Origin: Octopus sinensis
Lineage: Eukaryota
Assembly: GCF_006345805.1 (NCBI RefSeq)
Contig: NC_043005.1
Span: forward strand, 20,956,001 to 21,020,000
DNA length: 64,000 nt
Direction of reading: 5' to 3'
The stretch's first letter is position 1, and each line of letters opens with the position of its first letter. Below are positions 1-12,900 of the stretch, piece after piece. The position numbers and the translations under genes are program-made. A model generated the notes under the pieces. That model worked only from the letters and a program-made list of their open reading frames with translations. It was not told the origin of the DNA and made no database searches.

Positions 1-637
1 TTACTTTAAATCTTAATGGTAAATAAGGAAACACTACTACTACGACTACTTTATGTACTGAAAGTATTAGATGAATACATTGAAGTACAATGTATCTGAA
101 ATTTTACATAAAATATTAAAAAGCTTTCCGGGCCAATATTTTTCCTGTGGGCAATTTATTATAAAAACAAACCTATCCCAAAACCAGTTTTTAGCATAAG
201 ACATCCTTCTCAAAATCCACTTCTATTCTTTTATAACATGAGCCATACTTTGAACTTCACCTTTATGATTCAGTTGCAATACTACATTTGTACATCCCTC
301 TTCTGACAGTGAGCTTTTGTTTATGATTTAATGGCCATAACAACACTTATTCATCGACGCTCTACCGAATATCACTTTGACCCTATGAAAATACATCATT
401 AGAAGTGAAGTTATATAAATGTGTTATGTGAAACTTAACTTTTGAAATACATTTACAAATGATCTCAAGATGTGCTACAGTTCACATGAATCCTTTTCAA
501 GTTGTCATTTTGTGGACCAATTATTTGTTTATAATAAATTGTATATTTAAAACAAATTTTTCACCAGATGTTTTATAATATTAAATGTGTGGGTTTAAGA
601 ATGTATTTCTTGTCTTTTTTCTTTTATATTTCTCCAG

Positions 638-871
638 CAAAAGATGAAGTTATTACATTTAGAAGAACTATGATACCAGGAGAGGATACTTTTGAACGAG
701 TGAATAATGTGAGCTTAAAGGAGTGTGCTCAAGCTTGTCATCATAATCCAAAATGTAATTCTTATGAGTACCATGATAAACATAAGTTCTGTGATCAAAG
801 TAATGTGACTCACTTGACTAATAACCTTCAACCCAGCAAATGGGGTTGGGATGTTTACATCATTAACCCAG
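638..871 (+). CDS. Exon PAN-A1 (4-Cys PAN/Apple domain)
   Basis: Acceptor tttctccag|ca, donor ccag|gtcagt. Encodes xKDEVITFRRTMIPGEDTFERVNNVSLKECAQACHHNPKCNSYEYHDKHKFCDQSNVTHLTNNLQPSKWGWDVYIINP, with the PAN motif C-x3-C-x5-C-x-S-Y-x-Y-x6-C. Confidence 0.88.
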
Positions 872-1159
872 GTCAGTGGTGTTTGCATTTCATTTTTTTT
901 GTGTGTTTGCATGTATTGTCATATGTGTATGTATATATGAATCTGTCTGTCTGAATGTCAGTCTTTCTGTCTATCTATCTATCTCTGTCTGTCTCTACCT
1001 CTGGATCCACTGACTGTACCTTCACGGATTTCTCTGGATATTTTTGTTGGAGTAAATCACTCCAATTTACTACAACTTTTGAACTTTTTGAGTTTATATA
1101 CAGTGATCCCAAACAATGAAGGACTTCTTGTACTGAAACCCTTTCTGGACCTTTGATTT

Positions 1160-1570
1160 AGTCCCCAAGCTGACACCTCCACTCTTCCTCGTCTGGCTGA
1201 ACTTGTTCTCTCCCTCAACTACTTCTTGTTTGCGGGCGATTTTTACCAGTAAATTCAGGACTGGCCATGGGAATGAGAATGGGCCCACACTATGCGAACC
1301 TGTTCGTTGGCTATGTTGAGGCCTAAATATTCTCACAATTCACTGGTCCCACTTCCAAACTCTACAGTCATTATAACAATGACTGTATCTGTGTGACCTC
1401 ACTCTCCCACAAACAATTAAATTCCTACCACTTTTTTGTCGAATCCTTCCATCCTGCCCTCGAATTCTCCTGCACTATCTCTAACTCTTCTGTCGAATTT
1501 TTTGACATTTTTGTCACCTCCATCCACTACAAATACACTGACTCACACTCCAGCCTTAACTTCTCTAACA
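1160..1570 (+). mobile_element. Penelope-like element, decayed reverse-transcriptase fragment
   Basis: Broken frames read GLAMGMRMGPHYANLFVGYVE...FHPALEFSCTISNSSVEFFDI..TSIHYKYTDSHS, matching PLE RT motifs GxAMG..PxxANLF and HPxIxFT..FLD..YxKPTD. Confidence 0.75.
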
Positions 1571-1648
1571 CCACCATCCTCCCAGGCACCCATCATCATT
1601 CCTATCATATCACTGACTCCTTTACTCGCGTCTCTAGTAATGACGTTT

Positions 1649-1800
1649 ACTGTATAACAGTATGGATGTTGGTGGTTATGTCAGGTTATCAATCATTTAG
1701 TTGCAAGGTGTTGACAGAACACTAGAAGTAATATTATCTTGTAACAGCGTTCGGCATGTATGTTGAAGATACTGACATTTCATTAGCATCACCATTATAA
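1649..1800. repeat. 152-bp direct repeat, copy 1
   Basis: Matches 3896..4047 with 3 mismatches by eye. Confidence 0.95.
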
Positions 1801-2651
1801 GACAGTTTAAACAGGATAAGAAAATGTGTTTTTAATAGCAACGGGAAGATATCTGTGAAAGTGAAATTAGGCAGTCATGTTTGTGTTAAGAATGTTATTT
1901 AATTTCTTCATACTAGGTTGTCTGTATTCTCTCATTGACAAAATCTTGAGTATAACTTTATAAGGTGTACGCATATAAATCTTTAGTTAATTCATTTTCC
2001 TTATGATAATATGATGAGAGTTCGTACAGGTAAATACCAAGCGAAGAACTGGATTTAAGACTAATCATTTATATACAGAAAGTCAAAATATTTACAGTTA
2101 ATTTATCACAGCATAATAGTGATAGGAAAAATTGCAGTACTTATCTTAAAGAAGAAAAAACATGTTTTGAAAGAGTCTTTTGTGGGATAGATGATAGGAA
2201 AATTTTCTTAACTAGTTCCTGAAAATTACTCTAAAAAACGGTTTAGAAAGGCATGACATAAGGTCATGAAGATGACCGTATATACAGAATAAGTTACAAG
2301 GTCATGTGTGGTAAACTGTCACTGAATAATTTCCCAAAAATCAGTGTTTTATAACTACCGTATACCTTATTCTAGGAACCTCTCCTCATGGAAAAAAAAT
2401 GTTTCACAATGATTAGAATCAACATATGAACAGTAAAATTGACCAATGCAAAAACATAAGACCTTTATAAACAAAAGACAGCCGACACAACTATGGCATC
2501 ATGCTGCTGCTAAATTCTTAACCGTTACAACTGCATCGCCTGCTCTCTCTGTTCTTCCCTGTACTTGAGTTGAAAGGGATGCTACTTGGCTCACTGGTGC
2601 ACTTAACATCTCTGAGACATCTGACTCAGCAATGACACCCCAGTCTCACAC

Positions 2652-2790
2652 CATTTCTGCTCTACTGGTCATTCACTAGAACATCTGTGTTTGGACTGTC
2701 TTTGCACAGGAGCCATCGAGACTTATGCCTTCATTGTTAACAAGAATTAATCTATTCTCTTTGATCTTTTGCACAACATGGGCTCAACTC
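2652..2790 (+). mobile_element. Penelope-like GIY-YIG endonuclease C-terminal remnant
   Basis: HFCSTGHSLEHL...FSL/SFAQHGLN resembles the PLE endonuclease tail HF...GHS..L....LGTL.PxGLN. Confidence 0.55.
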
Positions 2791-3103
2791 ACTTTCTCTC
2801 TTCATCTGACACCAAACACACCTCCTCTCTAAATTTGATATCGACCCAATACTCCACACACACTAGCACTGACCACTTCCCAGCACCCACACAACACACC
2901 ATCAATCATACAACCACTCATAATCTTCAATACCATCATCACACTTACCACTATATGAGCAGTTGCACTCACTGTTTAACTCAGTACACACACCATCATG
3001 CATACTCCCACACCCATGCAAACACATAATACCTGAACGCAGACAATATATTCTCCCACACCCACAGAAGCACATAATAACTGAACAGAGGCTATATATA
3101 CAT

Positions 3104-3173
3104 ACACATGCAACATGCATTAACACATGCAACATGCATTAACACATGCAACATGCATTAACACATGCAACAT
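3104..3173. repeat. 19-bp minisatellite (acacatgcaacatgcatta) x3.7
   Basis: Three perfect units plus a partial one, seen directly. Confidence 0.9.
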
Positions 3174-3459
3174 ACATAGACAAAGATAAATTTTGCTCAC
3201 ATATATACATCATATACATGCACATTGTTTGGTCACAGAAGGGAAAAAACACACACACAGACTCATACACATGCACACACCATGTGAAAAGCACACATCA
3301 ACTGCTACTCACATCACATATACACTCGTCAGAGTCACTCACCTCTATTCACACACATGCTTATGTCAGAGTCACTCACCCCTATTTGCACATGCAGAAT
3401 TCTACATGCCATTCTCACATACACACACATACATGCGCACCTTCTCTTGTTGGGATCAC

Positions 3460-3720
3460 TGGCACTTTATTATCTCCCTTTCATTCAATCTGTTTTTTAC
3501 CAATCATTCACCATGCTGGACCACTGAGATCTACAAGGTTTTCAATCTCTGTTTATTTTCTCATGTTCCTTTCTGTTGAAGAGCGTAAGATTGAAAAGAG
3601 TTTTTTTATTTTTCCCAAGCATCAAACTAATACATATGCTTATTGTTCATACACCTGTTTTTGTCTTTTGCTTTTCTATAAATTTCAACTATATATATAT
3701 TGTTTACCTGGATCCAACAT
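3460..3720 (+). mobile_element. Interspersed repeat, probable Penelope-type 3' tail (related copies about 9690-9880 + and 25480-25720 -)
   Basis: Shared motif gaagagcgtagg..gaaa.g..aaagact..ttcccgagc.ttaaac.aatacat in three places. The family assignment is inference. Confidence 0.55.
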
Positions 3721-3895
3721 TGTGTTTGATGAGGTGATGGTTTGTTGCAGATTTACTATAAAGAAGCAAATGTTTATGACATCATTTCATGGTTGTCTCT
3801 CTTCCAATACATAGTGCAGATGGTTATCAAGGAATGAGATGTGTGTTCACTAATCAACTAAGGGTGGCTGCTTTAAAATGACTGCTGGATTTTTC

Positions 3896-4047
3896 ACTGT
3901 ATAACAGTGTGGATGTTGGTGGTTAAGTCAGGTTATCAATCATTTAGTTGCAAGGTGTTGACAGAACACTAGAAGTAATATTATCTTGTGACAGCGTTCG
4001 GCATGTATGTTGAAGATACTGACATTTCATTAGCATCACCATTATAA
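3896..4047. repeat. 152-bp direct repeat, copy 2
   Basis: Matches 1649..1800; offset 2247 bp. Confidence 0.95.
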
Positions 4048-4272
4048 AGTGTGAAATTGTCAATATGCAGTGAATATGGTCTTTTTACAGTATAAAGTTG
4101 AAATATATCCCATATAGATTTGAATTAATCAAAAGTTTTGTTCATATACAATCTACACATATATGCATGCATATATAGAAGTATGTATGCATGCATACAT
4201 GAACATGTGTACATATGTGTTTGTATGTGTGTATGTGTTTATGTGTGTGTGTATATATATATATATATATTT

Positions 4273-4309
<37 letters not shown>

Positions 4310-4887
4310 CACACATGTCTAGTAGTATTGTTCTTATGAAATATATAGAACTGCTTAACAAGGGCCAAGGTGGAACCTGAGACAAAAGATAAAAATTAAG
4401 ATATAAACTTCAATTAGGCAATCAACTTTTTTATACATAGTCGTAAAGTTATAAATTTGACTTAAAATACTTGTATAGATATTAATACATTTCGACACAT
4501 ATTAGAGTTTTAAAATTATCTTTCAAAATATAAATATATATATAAATATACATGAAAATATGTATAAATAAAACCCTTGTAGGATATATATGGAAAGAAG
4601 TGTGGGAAAAAGAGAAATGATAAAAACTTTTTTCTGTACTAAAATTAAGAGTGGTTAAGAGATTCAATTTAAAGATCTATAAAATTAAATGTGTTTTTTT
4701 TTTTTAAATGTATAAATGGAATATGAGTTATGTAATACAATTCGAGGAAGTCCACTTTCTCCAGCTGTTTCCATAGTTGATGTCCTGGTAGAAATATTAA
4801 TATAAATCTTAAAAGGTATTCTCATAAAAATCACATTCTTGACAACTTTTGGTTATTATAGTGTGATGCATATAGGTTTATATAAAA

Positions 4888-5585
4888 CTAGCAGCATAGC
4901 CCGGTGTTGCCCGGGTATGTAAGAGCCCCTAGTAGGCAACGACTAATCCCAATCTAGTCCTTCCCCTCTAGGGAACGAAGGCGCATGTGTAGGTTGCAAT
5001 GTCTTCTCTTCACTCCCAAATAACTATCAAACAGCTATTGATAATTCAACCCAACTAATTCCTACCAGGAAGAAATTACATTCGAGACTTTACTCCCAAC
5101 ATTATGCTAATAGCTGCTGCAGCTGCAAGTTATTCGAATACTTTTTTTGCTTAAACTTTCTTTATAACTACCACCCCAAACGTTTTACCTTAAATTTTTG
5201 ACATGCCCTAAGGGTCCTCAGATGCTACTTGCAAACTCTTGGTTTATTATAAACTGCTTTTGTCGTGTGCACCAAAATTGCACTCAAATTGCTGCCCGCT
5301 TTTTTGTCACTCAAATTGCTGCCCGCTTTTTTGCCGTTTTTGTACATTTTTATACATTTTGATGTTGCATATAAAAAGCTTAGATTCTCGACCCCATGTC
5401 GAATTTATCAATTTTTTTCAGAACTGGGGGAACTTTTCAAAATTTTCGCTGCGTTAGTTTTGAATTATGACATTGGGCTATGTGTGTGTCAAGTTTCATC
5501 AGAATCGGTTGAAAGCCGTGGTCAGGGTGAGGGTACAACCTGACAGACACACAGACAGACAAACTGCCGTTTATATATAGAGAGA
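4888..5585 (-). mobile_element. Non-autonomous Helitron-like element
   Basis: On the minus strand it begins a|TC(TCTCTATATA) and ends in a GC hairpin (cccgggcaacaccggg) followed by CTAG|t, which are Helitron termini with A/T insertion and no TSD. It contains a 27-bp tandem duplication near 5281-5335. Confidence 0.7.
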
Positions 5586-5899
5586 TTTCATTCTTACATA
5601 TGCAAATGAGAGAGTGGAGAACATGGAATGATGGGACAAGTACATTAACCTATTGATACTTAAATTTAATTAAATACAGCACAGTGAAAGTTTTCACAGT
5701 ACTAAGAGCTAAAAAGTTTCAAGTTGCAGGCACTCTTCCAAATCATCGAATATGTTTGGTTCTAAAAATTTTCAAAAAAGTGGAATGGAATTTATGACTA
5801 CATGAAGGAATCGCATCAGAGAATTTATTTAATGTATTTAAATGATATGATCAAAGATGATGTATGATTCCCTTATACATAACCTGCATTTATTCGAAC

Positions 5900-6129
5900 T
5901 AGCACGATGAAGGTTGGCGGGGCTCTGCAATTATGGACTAGGATAAAGAATAATCAATGTTGCTATCTCTTAGGTAGTGTATATATGAGGAGATAGTTGT
6001 TGAGTTTTTATACCTAACTTTAATAAAAGAATTTAAGTGGGTTCTATATCTCCTCTTAAAATTAATCGTGCCTCCTATATAAACTTTAGTTTTTTGGTTA
6101 TTTACTTTTACTGTATTCTTATACACCAC
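5900..6129 (-). mobile_element. Penelope-like GIY-YIG endonuclease fragment
   Basis: VYKNTVKVNNQKTKVYIGGTINFKRRYRTHLNSF...STTISSYIHYLRD is a GIY-YIG core. Confidence 0.8.
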
Positions 6130-6824
6130 ATTTTTCCCAAGACATGAACTGGCAAGAGGACATGATTGAAGTACTCTACAGCTTCATGTTTATTTTTAAA
6201 ATTGTTTTTTAATTTTTTGCAGGCTGGTTCTCAGCTACATGTAGCTGTAGAGTGCCTGGAACTTTTAACTGCTCTTAATTTTAGTACGAAAATATTTTTA
6301 TCAGTTCTCTTTTTCTCACATTTTTTTCCATATATATCCCACATGGGTTTTATTTACATGTATTTTTATGTATATTTATAGGTATATTTATATTTTTTGA
6401 AAATATTTTTAAAGATATTCATATGTGTTGATATCTGTTAAGATATATATACACATTTTAAGTCAAATTTATAACTGTATGAGTATGAGTATGATTGCCT
6501 AATTTGATTTTATATCGTAATTCTTATATATATATATATATATATTATTAAAGTGGAAAAATTATCAGAAAAGCAATTTCTATACATTTTTAGAAATATA
6601 TAATAGTGTACTAAGGATGTTTTTATATGTTAAGACTTAAGTCTCGAGTGTTTCTCAAGTCTGCACATGGCTTCGGTTTCCACGTATACAGAACCTTTAG
6701 TAACTCTTTGACAAAGATTAAATTTGTTGCAATAATAACTGTTCTATCCTTTAGAGTGTGCTTCTTTTCTGATATATATTTTATTGACTATATATATGTT
6801 TGTATGTATATTTATATATATATA

Positions 6825-8880
6825 CTAGCAGAGACACCCGCCGTTGCTTGGGATTAAAATGGCATAGTTTGTATATAATATATTACATTTATGTTGAAAC
6901 AGGTGATATAGGAATGTGCATCATTGACAACAAAACATTTGTGGAGTAAATGTTGGGCTAATTTGACTGGTAGTTTTGGCAATGTTACCTGACCACCTGC
7001 GTAGCACATACCATTTGTTTCATTTGAAAATTTTAAAGTTCTCTAGAAAAGAGAGTTTGTGTTTAGCACATGAATTTGGACAGAGTTATTATTTTTATAA
7101 CAATGGGATGGATCATATCTGAAAACAACTTCAGGAGTTGTGAAGAACAAATTTGTACGTAGTCTGTTTCTGAGAGCTATTCTATTGGACCTCTGTCTAA
7201 TCATTAAAACATTGATTTAATGATGCAGCATTAAGTGCTACAACATGCATTTACTGATGTTGAGAAATTCTCATCTAGCTTCTCTCTTCAGACTCTTGCC
7301 TTCGGTTTTCTACAATCCGCCTTGCTTTATACTTGTTTCTGGAGAGATTACGTCTTTTCTTTGGAGGCATATTTTTCCCAATATTGTAAACAAAAAATTA
7401 TTAATATGGAAAGAAATTATACATTAATCCCTATTTTTGTAAGCAGTTGTATCCGTAAAAATTTTATTTGAAGAAAGCAGAAATTGAAAGAAGAGAAAGT
7501 GAAAAGGACAAAGAAAGAAAGTGAAAGATGTATGTATGTCTAAATGAAATGGACGTGTGTGTGAGTGTGCTCATGCTTGCATGTGTGTATGTGAGAGAGA
7601 AAGAGGGTGAGAGAGATAGAGTGAGTGAGTGAAGGTGTGTGTTGTGATGATTGGTGTCTTTTAAGGTACACGCAATATAGGAAATGTGACGTCATCACAT
7701 AAAATTTTAACGATAGTTGATTTCTGGAAAAAATGATTTAAAATCCAAATATGTGAATGGAAATTAAGTTTAATTTGTAGCCAAAATAGTACCAAATCAT
7801 TTGATAATCCATATGTCAAAATCTGTAACTTAGTTTTGGAAAGCATAAGGAATATATTGGGTTGTCCGCTAAGTTCATGCCGATTTTTAAAGGAAAGAAA
7901 AAGGTCAATAAATACTTGCCATTACATTTTTAATCAACCAAATATGAACCATTTTGTTGCACAATGCGTCTCCATCTTTCCTTTAACTTGAAAAATACCC
8001 TCTTCCCAGAATTGAAATGGTTTCATGGCAAAGAATTCATCAAGGTATCTTTTTACATCATCCAAAGAATTGAAATTTTTACCATTACGACTATTCTGCA
8101 GAGACCTGAATAAATGGAAATCTGAAGGAGCAATATCTGGTGAATATGGAGGGTGGGGTAACACATCCCAGCCGAGCTGCAGCAATTTTTGTCTGGTTCC
8201 CAAAGCATCAAGTGCCGAAAATGAACTTTCTTATCTTCCATTTTAAAGGATTACAGAATTAACACAGATTATAGGAAAATAAACCTTCTTCCATGAAAAG
8301 ATGGCTTAAACTGTCCTCTAAATGGAGATGTAGTCAAATCCTATTTTATCAACTCAACCATGTTCTAAAATAAGTTGAAAGGTAAGCTACTATAAATCGG
8401 CATGAACTTTCTGAACAACCCAATATAATATCAATGAGCAGACCTTTGCATGGTAGCTAGACCTGGAAGAAATAGTAGCCAAATCTCCCTCAAAACACGC
8501 TACTGACAATTCTTCCTATTATGTAGTTTGAATTACAAACTGTACTAAAAATTAAGATTATTAACCCAACAGAGAGAGGAAAGAAGAGAGACAGCATAGC
8601 GACAGTTTTGGCTGACTGTCATCTTGTACTCCCCTTGTTGCTTGCAAAATGGTATGTCTGGTTGTGTGAGCAACTGGTTGTTTTAATGGTGGAACAAACA
8701 GGTCATTAAAGATTACAAAAATAGCGATTCTCACTTTGAAACTAACGATTTTGAAAATCTTTTTCAATTATGGAATGCCCCGCTCTCTCATGTACCCATG
8801 TTTAAAATTTCAGTGCAAATGGATGAATAATACTTGAGTTATGAGCGCACAAACAGACTGACAGAACAGATTTTATATAT
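6825..8880 (-). mobile_element. Probable Helitron-like element with nested mariner (boundaries uncertain)
   Basis: CTAG plus hairpin (cccgccgttgcttggg) at 6825, and a typical opposite end cagactgacagaacagattttatatata near 8850-8880. That both ends belong to one element is inference. Confidence 0.4.
7857..8423 (-). mobile_element. Internally deleted mariner (Tc1/mariner) transposon, 567 bp
   Basis: 30-bp TIRs at 7857-7886 and 8394-8423 (26/30 identical) with TA on both sides. Transposase C-terminus LGWDVLPHPPYSPDIAPSDFHLFRSLQN at 7934-8203 on the minus strand. Confidence 0.92.
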
Positions 8881-8884
8881 ATAT

Positions 8885-9260
8885 ATATATAAAACTGAGA
8901 ATGTGTGTCTGTCTGTCTGTCTCCCTAAAACTTGAGAACTACACAGCCAATTTCATTCAAATTTTACACATGCCTTACTTAAGGTCCGGGGAGTGTCATT
9001 GGCAAAAGAAATGTTTAACTTCTTTCCTAGGGCGAGCCCACAGCAATATCACATCTTCTCCACTATTTCAGTATTACGTGTTCAAAGTGAAACAAAAACA
9101 TCTCTCTATTGTAATGCAGACACTTTAATTTTAATACTGAAACTATTAAAGTGAAAGTATTATTTAACAGGGATGAACCATTAACAGTGGTCATACATTT
9201 TGCTAGAAGAAGATCTGCTATGGTCTGATATGCTACACCACTGGTTTTCAATTCATATTA
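8885..9260 (+). mobile_element. Helitron-like element 5' portion
   Basis: tatataaaactgagaatgtgtgtctgtctgtctgtc resembles the 5' ends of the other Helitron-like copies; truncated. Confidence 0.4.
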
Positions 9261-9291
9261 ATCAAATTAATATTCAATTTTTCACCCTTAT

Positions 9292-9324
<33 letters not shown>

Positions 9325-10139
9325 ATTAGCAATTCGTATAAAATTGCATCAATGACTTGAACTTGAATAAGTGGTTTCACATAAATTTGGATAAATTAAA
9401 AAGGTTTATTGTTATTATTATTATTACTGTTTGACTATTGTAATCACACTCAGGAAACAAAGCTGTTAAACTGTTAACCACATAGCCTTGCCAGTGTTTT
9501 TACATATATGTATGTTGTGGTATGTATGTGCATTGATATGTGCATCTCTATATATATGTAAGTGAATATCATTTTGAGGTTATCTCTATAGGATTTATCT
9601 AAAATTCTGATCACGCACTGTAAGAATGAAATTTTGTACAGAAATACATCTAATTAAACACTGTGACCAAAAGCAGAAAAATAAATAATGGCTCACTAGC
9701 CACTAAACCTTTTTTCTATTTTCACTCCCTGTTTATTTCTGTGTTCCTTTTGTCGAAGAGCGTAGGCTTGAAATGGAAAAGACTTTCTCCCGAGCATTAA
9801 ACCAATACATCTGTTTGTTGTTTACACACCCGTCTTCATCTTTTGTTATTTTTGTAAATTCTCACAATAAATATATACAGATATATATATATCAAGAATT
9901 GTTGTCCTCTCATCAGCACTTCATCTAACCTATCAACTATCCACAAACACATTGTTTAAATACTAAAACCTTAAAATGATATGATTGTTTATACATCGTA
10001 GGACACAGCATTGACTAATTGACTATGATATATTTCATGTATATTGGTAGGAAAACAAAGTACTTTTATATTAATTGATGTGTATTGTATTATGTATATA
10101 TCATGGCTGATCTTACATATCAGTTTCACACTAGGGGTT

Positions 10140-10760
10140 TAATGGAATGTCAAATAACAGTCTTCAAAGATAGCATGACAGTTATGAATGACATATTTTG
10201 ACTGCTCTTTATTGTTGGAAGTGAACAGACACATCCAGTTTGTAGTTGCTGTGAAAATGACAATGAGATCAGTGCAGACAACATCTGAATGTCATATAGT
10301 CTCTTTTGGGGAGCAATTGCGAATCAAGAGCAGCAAAAATAGTACATTAACTTGGTGCTGAAAACAAATTCCTACATGTTGAAGTGAGCTCCTCAGGATG
10401 CACTCTCTTCCTGATGACCTCCCATGCAATTCTAAATCAGTCAGACTAGTATACTTCAAAGGAGACAAAGTTGAAATGCTCAGCATACCAAAAACAGCCC
10501 ATGCATGGGTATGTTTCCCTGAAGACTTGTAGAAGACTGATACGGAGCAAGGTCTCTCTTGGATTTCTGAGTGCTACATCACTTGTCACTTCGAAGGCTA
10601 CGCATTTGCAATCTAAGAACAGGAGATAGCTACTGAATAACTCACCAACAAAAAGGATAGTGAAGTACTTGGAGTTCCAAGTTACAACCAAAAATGTAGA
10701 TTATTTCATATTTCTGTGGACGACATCAACCGTGATTAGCAGCTTTCCAAAAATCTGCAG
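10140..10760 (+). mobile_element. Possible highly decayed hAT (Buster/Charlie-like) transposase remnant
   Basis: Only weak motif fragments (GSEQTHPVCSCC; ISVDDINRD*QLSKNLQ); needs an HMM check. Confidence 0.25.
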
Positions 10761-10924
10761 ACTCACTCATTATAAATTCAATCTGTTACTAGAATAGGAA
10801 AACTATGCAAGACTTAAGGGATATTGTTTACAATATTTACATTTCAATACTGGATCTTTGTATCTTTATCTGAAACCAGCTCCTACTTCTGAAGAAGAAT
10901 TTAAAGGATTAAAAACGGAAGAGA

Positions 10925-10979
10925 AACAAACACATACATACATGCATAAATACATACATACATACATACATACATACAT

Positions 10980-11028
<49 letters not shown>

Positions 11029-11160
11029 TACATACATACATACATACATACATACATACTTACATACATACATACATACTTACATACATGCATACATACA
11101 TACATACATACATACATACATACATACATACATCTGTCCATTCTTCCATACATACATACA
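10925..11160. repeat. (TACA)n/(CA)n compound microsatellite
   Basis: Seen directly, about 170 bp upstream of Sushi1. Confidence 0.95.
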
Positions 11161-11332
11161 AAAAATAAATACATATTTGCATGTTTGCATGCTGTTAAGT
11201 ATATTTTTATATTCCAGTGCAGAATTGTCAGTTTGATTCACTTTCTTGTAATGTTTTTTTTTTAATTCCTTATTCTCACCTGCCTTTAAACATGCAAGCA
11301 CCATTAGTGTAAATTTCTCTTTCCAATTCCAG

Positions 11333-11503
11333 ATTATTCGCAAATTGAGTGTGGACCTCCAAAAGAAATTGTTGGTTCAGTGAAGTCCTATAATTCCACC
11401 TTGTATAAATCTGAAGTCACCTATACTTGCCCAAAAGGAGAAAAACTGAAGTCAATGTGTGAAAAGAACAATGAGTGGACGCCAGTTGTATCTTCTTGTA
11501 ATG
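11333..11503 (+). CDS. Exon Sushi1 (CCP/SCR domain)
   Basis: Acceptor ttccaattccag|at, donor aatg|gtaata. Encodes xYSQIECGPPKEIVGSVKSYNSTLYKSEVTYTCPKGEKLKSMCEKNNEWTPVVSSCN, with the CCP pattern CGxP...VxYxC...C...W...C. Confidence 0.88.
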
Positions 11504-12609
11504 GTAATATAAAATGCTTGTTGCTTTCTAAAAGACATAACTGTGAAGTAAATTTTCAACTACACAGCCAAAAACTCCATGTAAAATCACATTGTTGTTA
11601 ATCAAACTTGTTGTCTCCACAGTTATACTGCACCTCATCTTAGTTGTTTTGCTCTTAATTTCTCACTTGAACTTTTTCATCCATACTTTGTGTTATCAAT
11701 CAAGACCCTCCACAATACCTTGTGCCCAACTTTACCAAAAGTTGACAATCCTCTGAAAAAAAGAAAAAGATGAGGATGATTCTGCAATATTCATTAATAT
11801 TGCAGGACAACTGCACTATCAAAATTCACCCTGACAACCATGGATAAGTGAGCTCTGCCATTATTGTTCTCTAAACCTACATGTTTATGCCATATAGTTT
11901 TCATTCACTCAAGCCCTTTTTGCTTGTTTTACCTTACTTTCAATAATTATCTCTAAAGTCAGTAACTTCCTTTTGCTTCTCACTTTCTTTGCAACTGAAA
12001 CTTTGAAAATACTAATAAGGGATTGGCTAAGCAAGAAAGTCACAGTAATCTGATCTATCATCCGTATCCACCTTGCAACCTCATTTACTATTGCCACCAA
12101 CCAGGAAAATTGACTTCTTTGATTGGTTGAAGGAATGTGTGAAGCAATCAGCTTCATAGGCTTGTCTCATATCCAGATCTATCTCATGCAGAAGACCATC
12201 TGTTTGACATAACTCTACAAGTTAGCAGTATATAGAAAATGAAAGAGTGCATGCAATATTATTTCATTTTACCACAAGTATTTGGAACATTTTTTGTGAT
12301 GCACTTTTATGTCTAGATTTTATCTTGGGCCAGTAGAGCCCTTTTGTAGCACTGCTGAGCCAAGCACTTCAGAATATTGTCCATAGAATTCCCTGAGAAA
12401 AAGCATTGAAAAAGGAATTGCCATTTTATTTTCATTGCTGCTCAAAGCAACCCTGAGAGTATCAATATATTGTTAGAATGGAACACCTACAAATCTCATT
12501 GCTCAGGTCACTTTTGACGTAGCATAAAATGAGATGTGTGTCCTAGTCTTTTTAAGGCTTTTGAGTGTGATTGAAGGAAATTGTGCTTATAAGTCTAACA
12601 TATTGTATG

Positions 12610-12900
12610 CCGGTGTGGTTGTATGATAAGAAGCATGCTTCCGAACCACATAATCCCAGGTTCAGTCCCGCTGTCTGGTGCCTTGGACAAGTGTCTTGTT
12701 TTATAGCTTCAGGTCAACCAAAGACTTGTGAATGGATTTGGTAGACAAAACTGAAGGAAGGTCATCATGTGTGTGTGTGTGTCTTTGTGTTTGACTTCCA
12801 CCATTGCTTCACAGCTGTTGTTTGGTGAAAGCATTCAATAGAATAAGTACTAGACTTTAAAAAGTATAAGTACTGGGGTCAATTCTTTTAACTAAAATTT
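12610..12900 (+). mobile_element. tRNA-derived SINE, degenerate (related fragment about 20250-20345 -)
   Basis: Head with A/B-box-like ggtgtggttgtatgataagaag...ggttcagtccc, body ccaaagacttgtgaatggatttggtagac. Confidence 0.7.

Noticed and set aside
3146-3814. 222-aa ORF
   Set aside because: It is built from a minisatellite, CA-rich sequence and an interspersed repeat tail, with no domain motif or splice context.
1649-4047. Small LTR retrotransposon (TRIM) suggested by TG...CA inside the 152-bp repeats
   Set aside because: Identity extends past the TG/CA on both sides, and there is no PBS, PPT or 4-6 bp TSD.
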